DNA of 63,980 nucleotides, filler included, from Octopus bimaculoides (GCF_001194135.2; 7 parts of 7 records of this genome joined end to end with filler, not necessarily neighbours in it), one strand, 5' to 3'; shown: positions 51,460 through 63,980, counted from the whole stretch's first letter. Translations and numbers: made by a program. The notes: generated by a model from the sequence alone, not told the origin.

Positions 51460-51915
51460 CATCGGAACAGCATAATCTTTATACGCATGCTTTTTAATTC
51501 TCTGTCCGTTTCCTCGCATACTGTTATTTTCTATGATTTTGGTGCGTTATGGCGGTTAAATTGAGACCTAAGGTCTCAATTTAACGGGACTTATTTCTAC
51601 AATGGCAACTAGTGGAACTATCAGCAACACCAATATTATTACTAAGATTTAAATTATTGTTGTTACAATTATTCGCATTGATATTATTTCCCCTATTATT
51701 AATTCTATTACCAGGCATATTATGATCACTTCTATTACTAACTCCATTTCCATCGTGCTATCAGATAGAATCATTCCCGTAACATCAGGCATACGAATAT
51801 TTTCTATTTCCATATATGGACTTTTATAGCATATATTTGATCTCTCACCTTAATGTATAATCTTCCTGCGAAAACTAAACTTTTAACTTTATCCATGGAT
51901 GGTATATGGTTTTAT

Positions 51916-52005
<90 letters not shown>

Positions 52006-52039
52006 TATCTGTTTGTCTGTGTCTGTGTCTGTGTTTGTC

Positions 52040-52230
52040 CCCCACCACAGCTTGACAACTAGTGTTGATGTGCTTTGGTCCCCGTAACTTAGCGGTTCGG
52101 CAAAAGAAAACGCTAGAACAAGTACCGGGCATAAGAAAAATACTCAAGTCGATTCATTCGACTAAGCATTCTTCAAGGCAGTACCCCAGCATGGCCGCGG
52201 TCTACAGATTGAAACAAGTAAAGGATAAGA
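52040..52230 (+). mobile_element. SINE 3' portion; family also seen at 6700-6790
   Basis: ccccgtaacttagcggttcggcaaaaga...ttcgactaa...cttcaaggc.gt.ccccagcatggccgc. Confidence 0.7.
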
Positions 52231-55197
52231 AATAGAAGGTTTGTTTTATTCTCGCATCTACGTTATTTAGTTTTATGTCGCTTCAGTCAATTGCTATGGC
52301 TATGTTTGATTTTCATGCTTACATAATTCGTTCTCAATGACTTACGGTCATTATTTTTATTGTATTTTTATATAGAGATGTTATTCTAATATTTTATTCT
52401 AATATTCTAATATTCTAAAATTGTATAAAACAGTATTTTATATTCGATATTCAGAAAATTTTGCATTTGAATGTAAAATTTCGTCAGAGATTTTTATGCT
52501 TAAAATAAATGCTTAGAGGATGAAGACGGAAGTTATGTATTTCTTTTATGATAAGAGTAAGGCCATTGTCTTTTACCTCTAAATTTGAAAGAGCGCATAA
52601 AAATGGAAATTGTTGAAGTGCCACTTGATGCCAGGAGCTTTTATCATGTAATTCTTTCTATTCTTCAATATATGTACTAGTGTATTTGTATGTGTATACA
52701 TGCGTTGTGCGCATGTGCGACGGCATTTTTGTCTTCTTAGATGCTTATACCAAGCCTGAATTCCGATTGAAACTGTTGCAATCATTCGACAACTCTATTG
52801 CCTTTATGAAATGCTTGATCATTATTATTTTTCTCTTTTTGTTGTTAGATGAATGAAAATGCAGTGATATCTTATGACTCAAAACTCATTGAAACTTGCA
52901 AAAATAAATATTCAGATATTAAATTTCAGGCTTATATTACTAAATCGTACACATCTTACAGGGTTGATTATAAGGCTCAATTTTAATTTATATTTATTCC
53001 TGTCTACCCAAGTGGTGGTGGTGGTGGTGGCAGCAGCAGTAGTAATAGTGTTATTGCTGTAGCTTTTTGTTAGTAGTGGTGTTGTTACTGTAACGAATTT
53101 TTCTACCTTAAAATTTTCAAAAAGCAGAAACAAATATGGCCCAGAGAGAAAGAACAAAAGAGAGAATTCATTTGGTCGTCAGTATCTTGAATGTATTGTA
53201 ATGTCTAAGAGTGTGTCGCTGTTGATTCACTCCAACTTATTTACGATGGTACAACTTTATGGCCAAAATACTTCCAAACGTATAAATGCCATTATACTTG
53301 GTGATGTGACACTTCGTTTTTTAATATGTAGTAACACAATTCTGACGTATATTTCTGTACATGGTTTTCAATGCTCATAATTTTCCGTAGAACATTCTTA
53401 GTAACTATATGGGTCTGGAGAATGGTCTGTCTCTGGAGAAGAAAATCCACTATTTCTAATGCTGCTGTGGAGAACGTTAGAGTTACTATGAATGACTAGT
53501 AAGTCTAGTTGTGGAGAGGAAATTAGAGTTTTATGCATGTTTTCCATATATTGAGGGGATTCTATACTAAATGCTTTTTGACAAAAATTAAATCTCTTAT
53601 ACTAGAAAATACACTTGGGTGGTTCTATATATATATAAAATATCCGCTTGACCAAGTATTGAGTCAAACCGGGGAAGAATATGTATGTATGTATATAACA
53701 GCAGATATCAGTGAAATAACTACAGGACAGCGTTTATGGTAAAAGCTCTAGTTTCTTCAACCAAATAAAAGTTGATTTATCGATTCTGCTGCTCACATAA
53801 AAAACTTCGGACATTATCCCTAAAAGAGAAATCAAAATATTAATATTCGTTCCATCTTAGATGCTTCTTAGTGATACTGAATTATTGATTAACAAAGTCA
53901 TATGTTGTACCTTTATAGACCTTGATGAAACAAAAATAACTTCTAAAGTATTTAAAGAAACAAGTGATATTCTATTCCAAGCTGTTTGAATATTGAAAAC
54001 CTGTTTTCTAAGTATTTCAGGGTCATTAATAAGTATTTCAATCAATAAGTACTGACTGAACTCATTCCGAATATAAAATGAATAACAAAGTCCTATCATT
54101 CAATATAAAACAACTGTATTCCCAATTTTGCTTTTCGTATAACTTAGGTTTACATTGAGAAACTATAATATTTAACCATATATCTAATGCATTATTTTTC
54201 TATGTGCTCCTGTGATTGAAATTGAACGAAATGATATTCCATAATTTTAAACATATCAAAAGAGAAAAAAAATTAAGTCAAAGAACCAAAATCAACCAGG
54301 AAAAGAAACCAATAAAGTCGCTCTGTTTTTGTGGCCTACAGCAGAAGCTGTAACAAATAACAAGTAAACTAATTCTATGAAGTTCAAAATGCTCATAAGA
54401 CGATAATGTGTTGATAATTAGTTTTTTTCTTTTTTTACATCCAATTTCTTAGAGAGGGGATACGAACATTAAACAGATTTTTAGGACTACATCACTCAAA
54501 AAAAATAAATAAATAACCAGTTTTATTAATCCCCAATGTCTTGCATCAATATTGAATAATTGTTTGCCGGAAAAAGTAAACGAAATAAAAATCTTGCCCT
54601 TGTATCCAAACCTTATTTTCCTCTAAGCACTTTACTAGCGCCGGATTGTACGATACTTCATTGAGCAGATAAACAATTTCTGGGAATTTTATCCGGTTAG
54701 TGAGTATTAAAGCACGAAATGCAGTAGTATTCTGGGTTTGCTTCATTAAACGCATTTCCGGCAAAGCAAGGCTCAATATATTGTGGTAAGCTTCGGTGAG
54801 ATATTGACATTTTATTACGTTTGATTTTTTTAAATAAATTCCTTGAATATTTATTAACAAAGGCATAGTGGTTTATCAATCTTAAAGATCTCCAATTTGA
54901 TGAAATGAAGCCTTTGTTTATACTATATTGTAAGCGAGATTTTGTTATAATTATATATGTAATATCTTCACTGCTCGCTATCTTATCAAATATCTCGGTA
55001 TATGTATGCAGAGTATCCTGTTGTAAAGGCATTAGCATCACAATCCCATCTAGGTGTTTCTATTCATCCCTTTTTCTTTGCTTTATCCACACCCTTTCAT
55101 TCAAGCTCGCATTCTTTTACATTTGTGTTCGATATCATTTCTTCTTTCGTTTCTCATTCCATTAGGAAAATGTTATATAAAGAAATGTGCGAGCGCA

Positions 55198-55282
<85 letters not shown>

Positions 55283-55544
55283 ATAAAGAGGAGAGAAATA
55301 CAGCAAATCTATTATTATTCAGCCTCATGTCACATATTTAAAAGTTTATTGTGAAATACGTATTAAAGAGCATACATACATATACTTATCTACATTATTA
55401 GTTTCTTGACACAAAATGTTAAAAGGAAAAATCATCTTCCTTTAGATTACGATTCGTCCGTAAAAATGTGTTACTGCAATTCGTTACCTGAGAAAACGTT
55501 ATGCGTATATCAACTGACTTGCGATTATTGGAATTTTAAATAAT

Positions 55545-55655
55545 CATTCGGGTTCAATCCCACCGCGTGGCACTTTGGACAAGTGTCTTTTACTATAGAC
55601 TTGAGCCGACCAACGCCTTGTGAGTGGATTTGGTAGACGGAAACTGAAAGAACCC
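55545..55655 (+). mobile_element. CORE-like tRNA-derived SINE
   Basis: B-box gggttcaatccc, then ccgcgtggcactttggacaagtgtctt (CORE-like) and gtgagtggatttggtagacggaaactgaaaga. Confidence 0.75.
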
Positions 55656-55659
55656 CGTC

Positions 55660-55920
55660 GTATATATAATTTGATTAATTCTACTGGCCTCAGTAAATAT
55701 ATTTGGGAACTTAAATCTAAAAATATTAACTATATTTTAAAATGGGAGATAGTTTGTAAAGCTAAATCCTATCATATAGGTAATAACTTTTGTAATTTAT
55801 GTAATAATGAATTTAAAGAGATATTATTTCATAAGGATAATAATTTACTTAGTTATTTTGATGAACGAAAAATAAAATGTAGACATAAACTACTTTATTT
55901 ATATAAAAACTTTAGCTAAT
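55660..55920 (+). mobile_element. Penelope GIY-YIG C-terminal fragment
   Basis: STGLSKYIWELKSKNINYILKWEIV...Y......CNLCNNE...KCRHK parallels 7250-7500. Confidence 0.75.
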
Positions 55921-56301
55921 GATTTTTTATTTATTTTTTTATATGGGTATGTGTATATGCATGAGTATATGTATATATATGAGTGTGCGTGTTTTAGTCT
56001 ATATGCGTTAGTATGTATGTATATTTTTAGGTGTATGTATATATGTTTACGTATGTATTTATATAGATTTAAGTATATATATATGTGTTTGTGTTTATAT
56101 ATGTTTGTGTATGTTGAGTGTATATTTGTATTTACATGTATGTATAAATATATGTATTTGCGAGTATAGATGTATATTTATATATATTGTGTGTGTGAGT
56201 GNNNNNNNNNNNNNNNNNNNNNNNNNNNNNNNNNNNNNNNNNNNNTTAATTAATTAANNNNNNNNNNNNNNNNNNNNNNNNNNNNNNNNNNNNNNNNNNN
56301 N

Positions 56302-59105
56302 GGATGCACCCTGCATCTAAAGAGTGGCATATTCTGGATTACATCCTTGTTATGATGCGTGACAGACGTGATGTGCGGTGTGTTCGTGTTCTTCGTGGAG
56401 CTGAGTGTTGGACTGACCACCGCCTGGTACGTGCCAAAGTCAAATTAATCACAAAACGTAAAATCCGGGCTGCAGGTATTACCCTGCCTAAAAGACTGAA
56501 TGTTGCTCGTCTTAGTTGTAATGGTGTGAAGAGAACATTATGAGAGGAAATGAATGTTGCAGATTTTGGGGAAGATTGGTCGACCCTCAAAAAGTCAGTT
56601 TATAATATAGGCAGGAAAGTTCTGGGATTGATACAAAGAAAGCATCAAGATTGGTTTAAAGAAAATGATGAACATATAGATGATTTATTAGCTGTTAAAA
56701 GACGTACTTTGTCACGCTATTTGTCAACAAAGCCACAGGAGAGAGATGTATTACATAGGGAACTCAAGGATGTGAAATCACGTGCGAGGCGGAGGCTCTC
56801 TCAAATGAGGGATACCTGGTGGAGTAAGAAGGCTGATGAGATACAGGCGGCATCGGATTACAATAACACAAGGCTGTTATATGGTCTCTTGCGAGAAGTT
56901 TATGGACCGACTTCTCTGATGACACCACTTCGAAGCAGGGATGGTAAAGAACTTCGTGATTCACAAGGAATTCTGCAAAGGCGGCAAGAACACTTTGATG
57001 AACACTTGAATCAACAGTCTATAGTTAGTGAGGATGTTCTCAATCGCATCCCTGAATTATCTGTGAGAGTAGCTCTTGCAGAGCCACCTATGTTGAAAAA
57101 AGTCGCGGTGGCTGTCTCAAGGATGAATAATGGGAGGTCTCCGGGTTTGGATGGCATTCATGCAGAGTTGTTGTAGCATGGTGGTGAAAAACTTCTACAG
57201 CAACTTCACTCCTTGTTTGGCAGGATATGGGATAGTGAATCTGTACCTGAGGACTGGAGAGATACAGTAATGGTGGTCTTATATAAGGGAAAGGGTAACA
57301 GGAATGATTGTGGTAACTACAGGGGAATATCATTGCTTTCTGTCATAGGAAAGGTTTTATGCAGGGTACTTTTAGACCGTCTGTTGAAACACGTTGCAGA
57401 CTGTGTAATTCCAGAAAGTTAATCTGGTTTTCGTGTGGGACGCGGCACTGCTGATGTGATCTTCTCAGCTAGACAGCTTCAGGAAAAGTGTGTGGAACAG
57501 GGTCTCGATTTATATCAGGTTTTTGTCAATCTGACAAAGGCTTTCGATGCAGTTTATAGAAAGTCCTCCAGAAACTTGGTTGTCCTGAAAGGTTCCTTGC
57601 TGTGGTTAGGTCTTTTCATGAAGACATGAAGGGTAGGGTTAATGTTAGAGGTAAAATGTCGGAGCCCATTTCAATACAAAATGGAGTGAAGCAAGGGGAT
57701 ATTCTGGCACCGACTCTATTTGCCATATATTTTGCGATGGTTTTCTGTATTGCGTTCAGAAACTGCAGATATGGTGTTTACATCCATTATCGAACCTCTG
57801 GCAGCATATTTAATATCAGACGCTTTGCTGCAAAAACAAAAGTATTTACCTCTATCATAAAGGACTTTTTGTATGCGAATGATTGTGATCTAGTAGCGCA
57901 CACAGCGATTGATATGCAACACATTTTGAATGCATTCTCTGATGCTTGCACTGCCTTAGGAATGACAGTCAATCTCAAGAAAACTATTGTCATGTACCAA
58001 CCTGCCCCTGGTAAGCAGTATATTGAACCAAATATCTATGTGTATTGTAGAAGACTTGGTGTAGTCAATCAGTTTGTCTACCTGGGAAGCACTGTTAATA
58101 GATATGGCAATTTGGACAAAGAAATTCCATAAAGAATTAGGAAAGTAAGTGATGCTTTCGGAAGGCTAGAAAGACGTCTCTGGGGTCGGTGAGACATATG
58201 CAGGAAGACAAAGATAAAGGTGTACAAGGCGTGTGTACTCTCCACTCGTCTTTATTCCTGCGAGACCTGGGTCACATATCATTACCACCTTAGACAACTG
58301 GAACGTTTCCATCAGATGTGTCTCAGACGGATCTGTGGCATCAAGTGGGAGGACCGCATCAGCGATCTTGAGATATTGAAAAGCTCTCGGTGTGAAAGCA
58401 TAGAAGCTCTTGTGTTGAAGCAAAGGCTCAGATGGAATGGTCATCTGGTCAGGATGAAAGATTCAAGGATGCCAAAACAACTATTTTATGGAGAGTTAGC
58501 TAAAAGAGAACGACCTCGACATAAACTAAAAAAGAGATATAAAGACTTGCTGAAGGTTTCCTTGAGAGATGCCAACATCTCTCCTAACACGTGGGAAGGC
58601 ATAGCTACTGACCGTGGCAGGTGGAGAAGGATTGTGCATGAGGGGACAACTATTTTTGAGAAATCACGAATTGCACATGAGAAATTAAGGAGGGATGTCA
58701 GGAAGGGCATTGTTGTTGCACTTCCAGATGGCAAGGGTCTTCCTATGACACTGACATGCAGTGTCTGTGCAAGACCGTGCCTCAGCTGGGCTTATGAGTC
58801 ATCTTCGTAGTCATAAAGCAAAACTGATGATTGACTACCAGGCCGCTGGTGATGATGCTACACACCATACTAATCATGTCTGTCGGGCATGTGGAAGGGA
58901 GTGTGATTCAGCAGGAGGACTTAAACGACACGCAAAGGTACATGGAGCCCAATTACAACAACAGCAAGCTATTGCCAGTAAAGGTTTTGGATGCCAACTC
59001 TGTGCAAGACATTGTAGATCTTTGGCTGGGCTAAAAAGTCACATTCAATCACAGCACCATTACGTTAGGCTTCCTGCAATGGCCATACTCGATAACGAGG
59101 GGGCA

Positions 59106-59136
<31 letters not shown>
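56302..59136 (+). mobile_element. RTE-clade LINE (APE end, RT, three C2H2 fingers) with (TA)n tail
   Basis: LDYIL...CWTDHRLV (APE), NYRGISLLS, FVNLTKAFD, GVKQGDILAPTLF, FLYANDC, FVYLGS and QRLRWNGHLVRM. C-terminal zinc fingers at 58757-59060. Many stops and frameshifts. Confidence 0.9.
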
Positions 59137-59138
<2 letters not shown>

Positions 59139-60780
59139 GTAGTCCCCCAGTATTCGCAGGGGGTATGTTCCTTGAGCAATAATAAAAAAACGCAAATATT
59201 GGACATGGTCCATAAAAATGCCTATAAATGTCAAAATATAACGTAAAATATTATAAATAAATAAATAAATAAATATATATATATATATATATCTATATAT
59301 ATATATGCAATATTTAATAATAATTTAATAAAAATTAAAGTTAAATATACTGTTACTCACCAATAATGAATGATATTGATTTAAGATGATGATGATGAAA
59401 ATAATGAAGGTAATGACTGCACAAAGAAGATTTAAAGCTTCTTCAGGTGCTTCAGGGGATGTTGTGCCTTTGCGCAAGCAAGGCTTTCTTGATGGGCTTG
59501 AGGAGCATTGTGATGGAAAGATGCTGTCATTGTTTCTTCATGGTGGTAAGGAGAGTTTTATGTCTGCATGGTAGCATCGATGGCATTTTTAAATTGCAGA
59601 GTCCGAACCATACGGGGATCCCAGATCTTCGATTGCCAGTCCCACCTCATCTTCCCCTTCCTCTGGATCTGGCTCTTCCTCTTCACAGGCAAACTTTGTT
59701 AACTCCAACAAATCTTCTGCCAGGGTTTCAGAGTGGGCATCAATGAGGCTGTTGACCTCATCTTGTGTAATCTTGTCGAAACCTTCGCCACCAAGTACCT
59801 TTGCCAGTTTCACCACATTGTTGACAACCTTGTGCTGAATATCTTCAGGTGAGAAGTCCTCGTAGTCTTGGACACACTCTGGTCACACCTTCTTCCAGCA
59901 TGCGATGAGGGTTTCTTTTTTCATGTCTTAAGAGCAGCATGGACGTCTGACAGGCATGTTGCAATTGTGAAGTTATGCCAGTACACCTTTAACTTAAAAT
60001 TCTCGTCCGAATCCATTGTGTCCACAAGTGGTTGGAGAGAGTTCTGAGTGTAAAGTGCCCTGAAGGCACAGATCATGCCTTGATCCATAGGCTGGATGAG
60101 GGAGGTGGTGTTGGAAGAGAGGAACTCAACTTGAACTCCCTCATGATTCAAATCCAAAAAGTGACCACCCATATTATCCATAAGAAGCAACACATTGAAT
60201 TCCATGCAAACATTTTGGAGGTATTCCTTGACTTGAGGGATGAAGCATTGGTGGAACCAATTCAAAGTTAGACTTTTGGTAATCCAGGCCTTGAGGTTGT
60301 GTATCCAGTGGACTGGCAGCAAATTTTAATTCTTATTTTTGAAGGCCCTTAGATTTGCGGACTTGTAGATAAGTCCTGGTTTCATCATGAAGCCTGCAGA
60401 ATTGCCACACATAATTCTCATCACTCTGTCATTCTGTGCCTTAAATGCTTGGGCTCTGGCTTTGTCCTTCATGATGTACGTTCTGGAAGGCATCTTCTTC
60501 CAGAACAAGTCAGTCTTGTCCATACTGAAAGTCTGTCCTTGATGGTCTACCAAGTCAGTCTTGTCCATGCTGTAAGCTCGTCCTCGATGATCTACCTGAA
60601 GGTCTTGAGGTACTTCTCAGTGGCTTTTTTGTCAACTGATGCTGTCTCTTCATGCAGAGAAACACACTTTATTTTAGGCTGTTTCTGGAAACGATCCAAC
60701 CAATGTGTGTTTAAAGCGAGGGTAGTTTTAGTATATAAATATAGGTGAATGTACGGATTGGTGCACTTACGCAAACCTAT
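59137..60780 (-). mobile_element. Tigger/pogo (DDE_1) DNA transposon, 5' part missing
   Basis: TIR (T)AGTAGTCCCCCAGTATTCGCAGGGGG follows TA. Contains FSMDKTDLFWKKMPSRTYI, CGNSAGFMMKPGLIYKSAN, KAWIT, LLLMDNMGGH and NTTSLIQPMDQG. No second TIR was found. Confidence 0.9.
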
Positions 60781-61000
60781 AGACTTCTCTACTCCCTTAC
60801 CTTTACCTTACTTAGTGGTCTATTAGCTCTTTTGTCTTAATGACGGTCACCACACAGTAATTTCCCTTTGCTTAACGGTCATTTTTCACAGGAATTTTCA
60901 ATGACCGGATAACTGAAGAGATGTTGGCGTGGGCTCCCACCTCGGCATCCAAAATTCGGAGTTTTATCATGGCTACCAAATAAGTGTCACATATTTTTAC

Positions 61001-61040
<40 letters not shown>

Positions 61041-61374
61041 GTATAAAATTAGATTCAAGGTGAATATGGTACTTAAGTTTAGGCACCAGAATTTAGTATG
61101 GTATTATCCAAACAACTCCAAAAATAAGGTGNNNNNNNNNNNNNNNNNNNNNNNNNNNNNNNNNNNNNNNNNNNNTTAATTAATTAANNNNNNNNNNNNN
61201 NNNNNNNNNNNNNNNNNNNNNNNNNNNNNNNGAAAAGGCTGCCGCCTGTATCTGTATAACTTCTGTAATCTGTCATAGGGTTGGACCTTTTATTCTGGAA
61301 AGAATTTTTTCTGCTGTATTTTTCACTGAACTGATGAGTTTCTGTACAGCATGTCGACAGATTCATTTTTCGGA

Positions 61375-61640
61375 CGAGTAGCCTGGAGTAACATGAAATG
61401 AAGTGTCTTGCCTGGGTCGGAAATCGAACACATCTTACAGTCATCGACCCTTATCCTAACGACTGGGCCACGTGCTCTTACTAATTGCGCATCACTAGAA
61501 ACACAAATGGCTTAATTAATTTTTACCAGCTGAGTGGACTGGAGCAACGTGAAATGAAGTGTTTTGCTCAAGATCACAACGAATCCTCCGCTCCAAGAAT
61601 CGAAACTACAATCTTAGGATTATGAGTCCAATATCTTAAT
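61375..61640 (-). mobile_element. Two adjacent CORE-like SINE remnants
   Basis: tggagtaacatgaaatgaagtgtcttgc and tggagcaacgtgaaatgaagtgttttgctcaag, each followed by the reverse complement of a B-box (atcgaa). Confidence 0.6.
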
Positions 61641-61787
61641 TATTAAAGCATGTGCTTCCGGCGCCACGTTCACGGGAGGAAAATATACGCAAGAGGAACC
61701 TGGAAACAGGCTCTATGATTCTTATGGAGTAATGGGGACTAAGCCAAACACAAGCACCACTACAAGTATAAGTTATACAACGATTGA

Positions 61788-62219
61788 TTTCAAATTTTAG
61801 CACAAGGCCAGAAATTTCTGGGGAGGAGGTGGGTTGATTACATTGACCCCAGTACAAAAATGGCACTTATCGACCCCGAAAGAATGAAAAGCAAAGTTGA
61901 CCACGATGGAATTTGAACTGAGAACGTAAAGACGGAAGAAATATCGCTAAGCATTTTGCCTGGCCTGTTGACGATTCTGCCATCCCACAAAGAACAGTAA
62001 TAATGGTTTCAAATTTCTGCACAAGGCCAGTAGTTTTTGAGGGGAGGGGGAGTAAGTCGATTACATCGACCCCACTACTTGGCTGATGCTTTCTGTATCG
62101 ACCGTGAAACGATAAAAGCAAAGTCGATCTCGGCGGAATTCGAACTCAGAACGTAAGGACGGACGAAATGCCGCTAAGCATTTATCCCGGCGTGCTAACG
62201 ACTCTGCCAACTCGCCGCT
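61788..62219 (-). mobile_element. Two tandem tRNA-derived SINEs (61788-61985 and 62000-62219)
   Basis: The second copy has a full head on the minus strand: A-box ggcgagttggcagagtcgttag, B-box gttcgaattcc, then gccgagatcgactttgc. Confidence 0.8.
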
Positions 62220-62659
62220 TTTAACTATATAACTACCAACAAACAACATGCATAAGCAACTATCAACAGCACAACAAACATAAGCAATACTAATATTATC
62301 ACCAACACTACAATTACATTCAACTATCGCATTTTTCTCAACCAACACTACCACAGTCACCAAACAACAAGAGTACAAACAGTACAGACTTAATCCGAGT
62401 CACCACAACTACTACCAACACCTACTTCAATACGACCACCACATCCAACAACCACAGCAATAATAACAACATCATTCATTCGGCTTGTTTCGCTGTTAAC
62501 TGGAATACAAATACATCTCTTATCATCTGGTAAAAACAGATGGCCCAAACAACAATTGGGCGTGTATATGTGCGTGTCCGGATTTATGTATGTTCGCATA
62601 TTTGTATATTCGCATATACAATAGGGTAAACGTAGTAAATGGTTCAATAATATATAGAC

Positions 62660-62703
<44 letters not shown>

Positions 62704-62964
62704 NNNNNNNNNNNNNNNNNNNNNNNNNNNNNNNNNNNNNNNNNNNNTTAATTAATTAANNNNNNNNNNNNNNNNNNNNNNNNNNNNNNNNNNNNNNNNN
62801 NNNATATATATATATATATGAACACATATTTCTACTCTATGTTATTTAATTTTTTTTCTTTTTGCTCACTTATGCTCTCCACACACAAACTTCTACTCTG
62901 CTCATATATCAGACACATATTTCATTGACGTTCATTTGATATATATATGCACATCACTGCAAAT

Positions 62965-63005
<41 letters not shown>

Positions 63006-63604
63006 GATATATATAAATATACGAATAAATAAATGTATATATGTACATATGCATACATCTGTGCTTGCATTTGTGTATGCGGAGGAGAGGCAGAAAGAGC
63101 GTAAGACAACGATTACGTGTATGGACGTACACACACTACCATCCATATGTGTGTACGTGCGTGTATTTGTATATGACTCCAAGTGTGCAGCCTACATTCG
63201 GGAGCCATTTTTAATTCTTATTATTTTTTATATTTCATGCCTTCTGCAGTTTCTACTGTATTTCGTTTCGTACTTTATTTTATTTCAACGAAGACATTCT
63301 ATCGATTGTTTTCCTGAGTTTGCTTTCTTCTCCTTCATCTTCTTCTTCTGTATCATTTAAATATTTATATTAGTCAGTCAGTGTATATGAATCGTTGCAC
63401 GCTTTTGTACGCATGCGTATGCATTCAAGAATGTAGATACGTTTTAATATTTGTTTACATGTTTATCTTCGTTTTATTATATATATTTTTTAATTATTAT
63501 TCTTCTTTCTGTAACGAAAAGCGCTGGTTTCTAGTAGATTATCAAAGGCACCTCTACTAGGATGTAGATAAACGAAATGTTACTTGTTGAATTATGTATA
63601 TATA

Positions 63605-63955
63605 TACTACGGCACTCCGTCGGTTACGATAATGAGAGTTCCATTTGATCCGATTAACGGAACAGCCTGCTCGTGAAATTAACATGCAAGTGGTTGAGCA
63701 CTTCACAGAAACGTGTACCCTTAACGTGGTTCCCAGGGAGATTCAGCGTGACACAGAGTGTGACAAGGCTGGTGCAACAGAAAAAAGGAAGAAAGAGTGG
63801 GAGAATGTTGTGGAGAAAGAGTACAGCAGGGTTCAGCATCAGCCCCTGCTGGTGCTTCGTGGGGATTTAGGTGTTTTCGCTCAATAAACACTCACAACGC
63901 CCGTTCTGGGAATCGAAACCGCGATCCCACCACTGCTAGTCCGCTGCACTAACCA
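63605..63955 (-). mobile_element. tRNA-derived SINE with a 3' half different from the related copy at 36915-37185
   Basis: Head tggttagtgcagcggactagc...ggtttcgattccc is shared with 36915-37185 down to about 63775. The remainder (63605-63770) is unrelated to that copy. Confidence 0.7.
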
Positions 63956-63980
63956 TATATATATTTATATATATATATAT

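Noticed and set aside
54546-55041. Two overlapping minus-strand ORFs with a faint TIR-domain-like stretch (KSR...FISSNW)
   Set aside because: Spacing is off and the other TIR boxes are absent, so it is compatible with chance.
58757-59060. Host C2H2 zinc-finger gene
   Set aside because: The fingers continue the RTE ORF and precede its tail, and they lack TGEKP linkers.
61330-61380. CTGATGA occurrences here and at 612, 10365, 12632, 39255 (minus), 56823 and 58823
   Set aside because: None has a stem II/GAAA/NUH arrangement; several are simply codons of RT or transposase motifs.
62160-62219. tRNA genes at A/B-box motifs (also 63900-63955, 55545, 48270, 33800)
   Set aside because: They are SINE heads or isolated B-box-like words with no complete cloverleaf.

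Overview
AT-rich, microsatellite-dense animal DNA from a gapped draft assembly. The SINE/LINE repertoire and (TA)n/(CA)n/(GA)n/(ATAC)n density best fit a cephalopod, probably an octopus (inference). No host protein-coding gene, rRNA, tRNA or CRISPR array could be supported. The window is a mosaic of transposon remnants: four RTE LINEs, two R4/Dong-type RLE LINEs, L1/Tx1 pieces, Penelope-like elements, Tc1/mariner, Tigger/pogo, a Gypsy fragment, a hAT MITE and many tRNA-derived SINEs. The main result is a set of hammerhead ribozyme (HHR) motifs read directly from the sequence. An essentially canonical minimal type I HHR (9511-9587, minus) sits in a non-coding 462-bp unit present as about 1.14 copies (9378-9903). 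A diverged relative at 5865-6305 is a different circular permutation of that unit. Together they suggest a retrozyme-like element copied from a circular or tandem RNA. Further HHRs occur in Penelope pseudo-LTRs (6489-6582; atypical CUGUUGA cores at 8995-9030 and 34929-34964) and at 51403-51459. Other points of interest are an ORF1-only Tx1/L1-like element that shares a 3' motif with a Tx1 ORF2 copy, an RTE with a PHD finger inside the RT, and an RTE with three C-terminal C2H2 fingers. Six 100-bp N44-TTAATTAATTAA-N44 spacers are artificial joins, so adjacency across them is unproven. All family assignments come from motif recognition by eye; no database search was run.
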